Below are positions 62,971-64,000 of a stretch of DNA of 64,000 nt, one piece after another. Origin of the DNA: Lama guanicoe (lineage: Eukaryota). A program made the translations under genes and the position numbers. Within the stretch, counting starts at the first letter, position 1; every line of letters begins with the position of its first letter. The stretch covers positions 1,156,076-1,220,075 of the forward strand of contig MU056277.1 in assembly GCA_013239625.1 (NCBI GenBank), written 5' to 3'. A model generated the notes under the pieces. That model was not told the origin of the DNA, made no database searches, and saw only the letters and a program-made list of their open reading frames with translations.

Positions 62971-64000
62971 CCACCCAAGTTCCTGACCGTGGAAGGGGAC
63001 CCTGTGCGCACACAGCCTCGACCTGAGGGTCTTCTCTCAGTGCTGGTTTGCAGCCCCAGAGGGTTGGGTTTTTATTGCCCGTGTAGCACCTGTCTCATTT
63101 TTTTTTTAGATCAGCTGTATGAACACTTTTGTATTTTATACTGAAACCACAAAGGTTTGTGATATAAGTGCCAGCGACACGGAAGGCACCCTGGCCTTCT
63201 GTGCAGGGATCTAAGTTTTATGTGTCCTGGACACAGCGATGCAGGAGAGATGAGAAGAAACGCGTCTGGAGTCCTGAGTCCAGTTCAGACGGCCGAGTGC
63301 CGGGCCTCTGCAGGGTGCCGTGTGACCACAGAGAGCCCTTGCTGGCGTGGCTGCTGTATCTCTGGGCAGGAGCGGGAGGGCTTGTCCACACCCCCACCGT
63401 GTGTTCCCGTGTCCCCGCTTCCCCGCAGCCCAGACACCCACTCATCGCACCACACCTTCCTCAGTTGGAGTAATTTCTCATTAAAGTCACTTGGCAGGCC
63501 TGCACCACTCCACTGGAGGACTAGCGTCCAGCCTCTGAGCGTGTAGTTCTGGCTGTGTCACAGGGGCATCTGGTGTGCGTGCCTGAGAGGGAGAGGGCTG
63601 GGCCTCAGTCACAGCGGGGCCGCGCCCCACCGCCCACATCTGTACTCACTGCCTGTGACGGACACGTGTGTGTTTTCAGCCGCGAGCTGCAGGGAAACCA
63701 CTTGCAACCACCCAGTGGAATGGGACCACCCTTGATTGTTGTGGGGGGTTCAGTTGGCTGCAACTTACTCAGCTGCCATGTAACTCAACTTACAAGAACA
63801 TCTCACATCTGAGGGCGCCCCCACTTTCCTGGGATTTGTTGTAAGGTAATTTCTCTGCCCTCACTCAGACTGATTTCTGCCTCGGCAAGAACTGAAAGTG
63901 CCACGTGGCGGTCCACACGGGTCACTGCTGGGGGAGGGAGCGTGTGCTCCCTTGCGTGCTCTCCTTGGGGTTCCATGGGAGCGAAGGGCTCAGCGTTAAG

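Noticed and set aside
63480-63485. ATTAAA as poly(A) signal of the read-through isoform
   Set aside because: No clear downstream GU/U element; the hexamer is common and the UTR may extend past the window.
1-64000. CRISPR arrays, tRNA/rRNA, snoRNA/miRNA, operon-like systems
   Set aside because: Mammalian intron-exon DNA; I saw no repeat-spacer array or recognisable RNA gene. A covariance-model search (Infernal/Rfam) would be needed to exclude small ncRNAs.

Overview
Eutherian mammalian genomic DNA from a draft assembly (4 N-gaps), GC-rich, lying almost entirely within the + strand gene ARHGEF7 (beta-PIX/Cool-1, the PAK-interacting Rac/Cdc42 GEF). I traced 17 consecutive coding exons (19230..62806). 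All have AG/GT boundaries and compatible phases, and they splice into one open 2097-nt frame: C-terminal part of the CH domain, SH3, DH, PH, Pro-rich, GIT-binding, Ser-rich insert, and the KSCCSYISHQN* tail. From the internal ATG at 26218 this gives 625 aa. The first coding exons and the downstream coiled-coil/PDZ-ligand exons lie outside the window. Introns carry old repeats: a near full-length Tigger1, MER33, MER91A, two MER21 LTRs, and MIR/L2/L1M fragments. I recognised no young lineage-specific SINE. I see no convincing novel gene system. The best new leads are splicing architecture: a candidate in-frame 24-nt microexon (567..590) whose own 5' end can hairpin over its donor, and a ~128-nt AG-free pyrimidine tract ahead of the dual-use insert/terminal exon. 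Repeat names and ortholog comparisons come from recalled consensus sequences, not database searches, and repeat boundaries are approximate.
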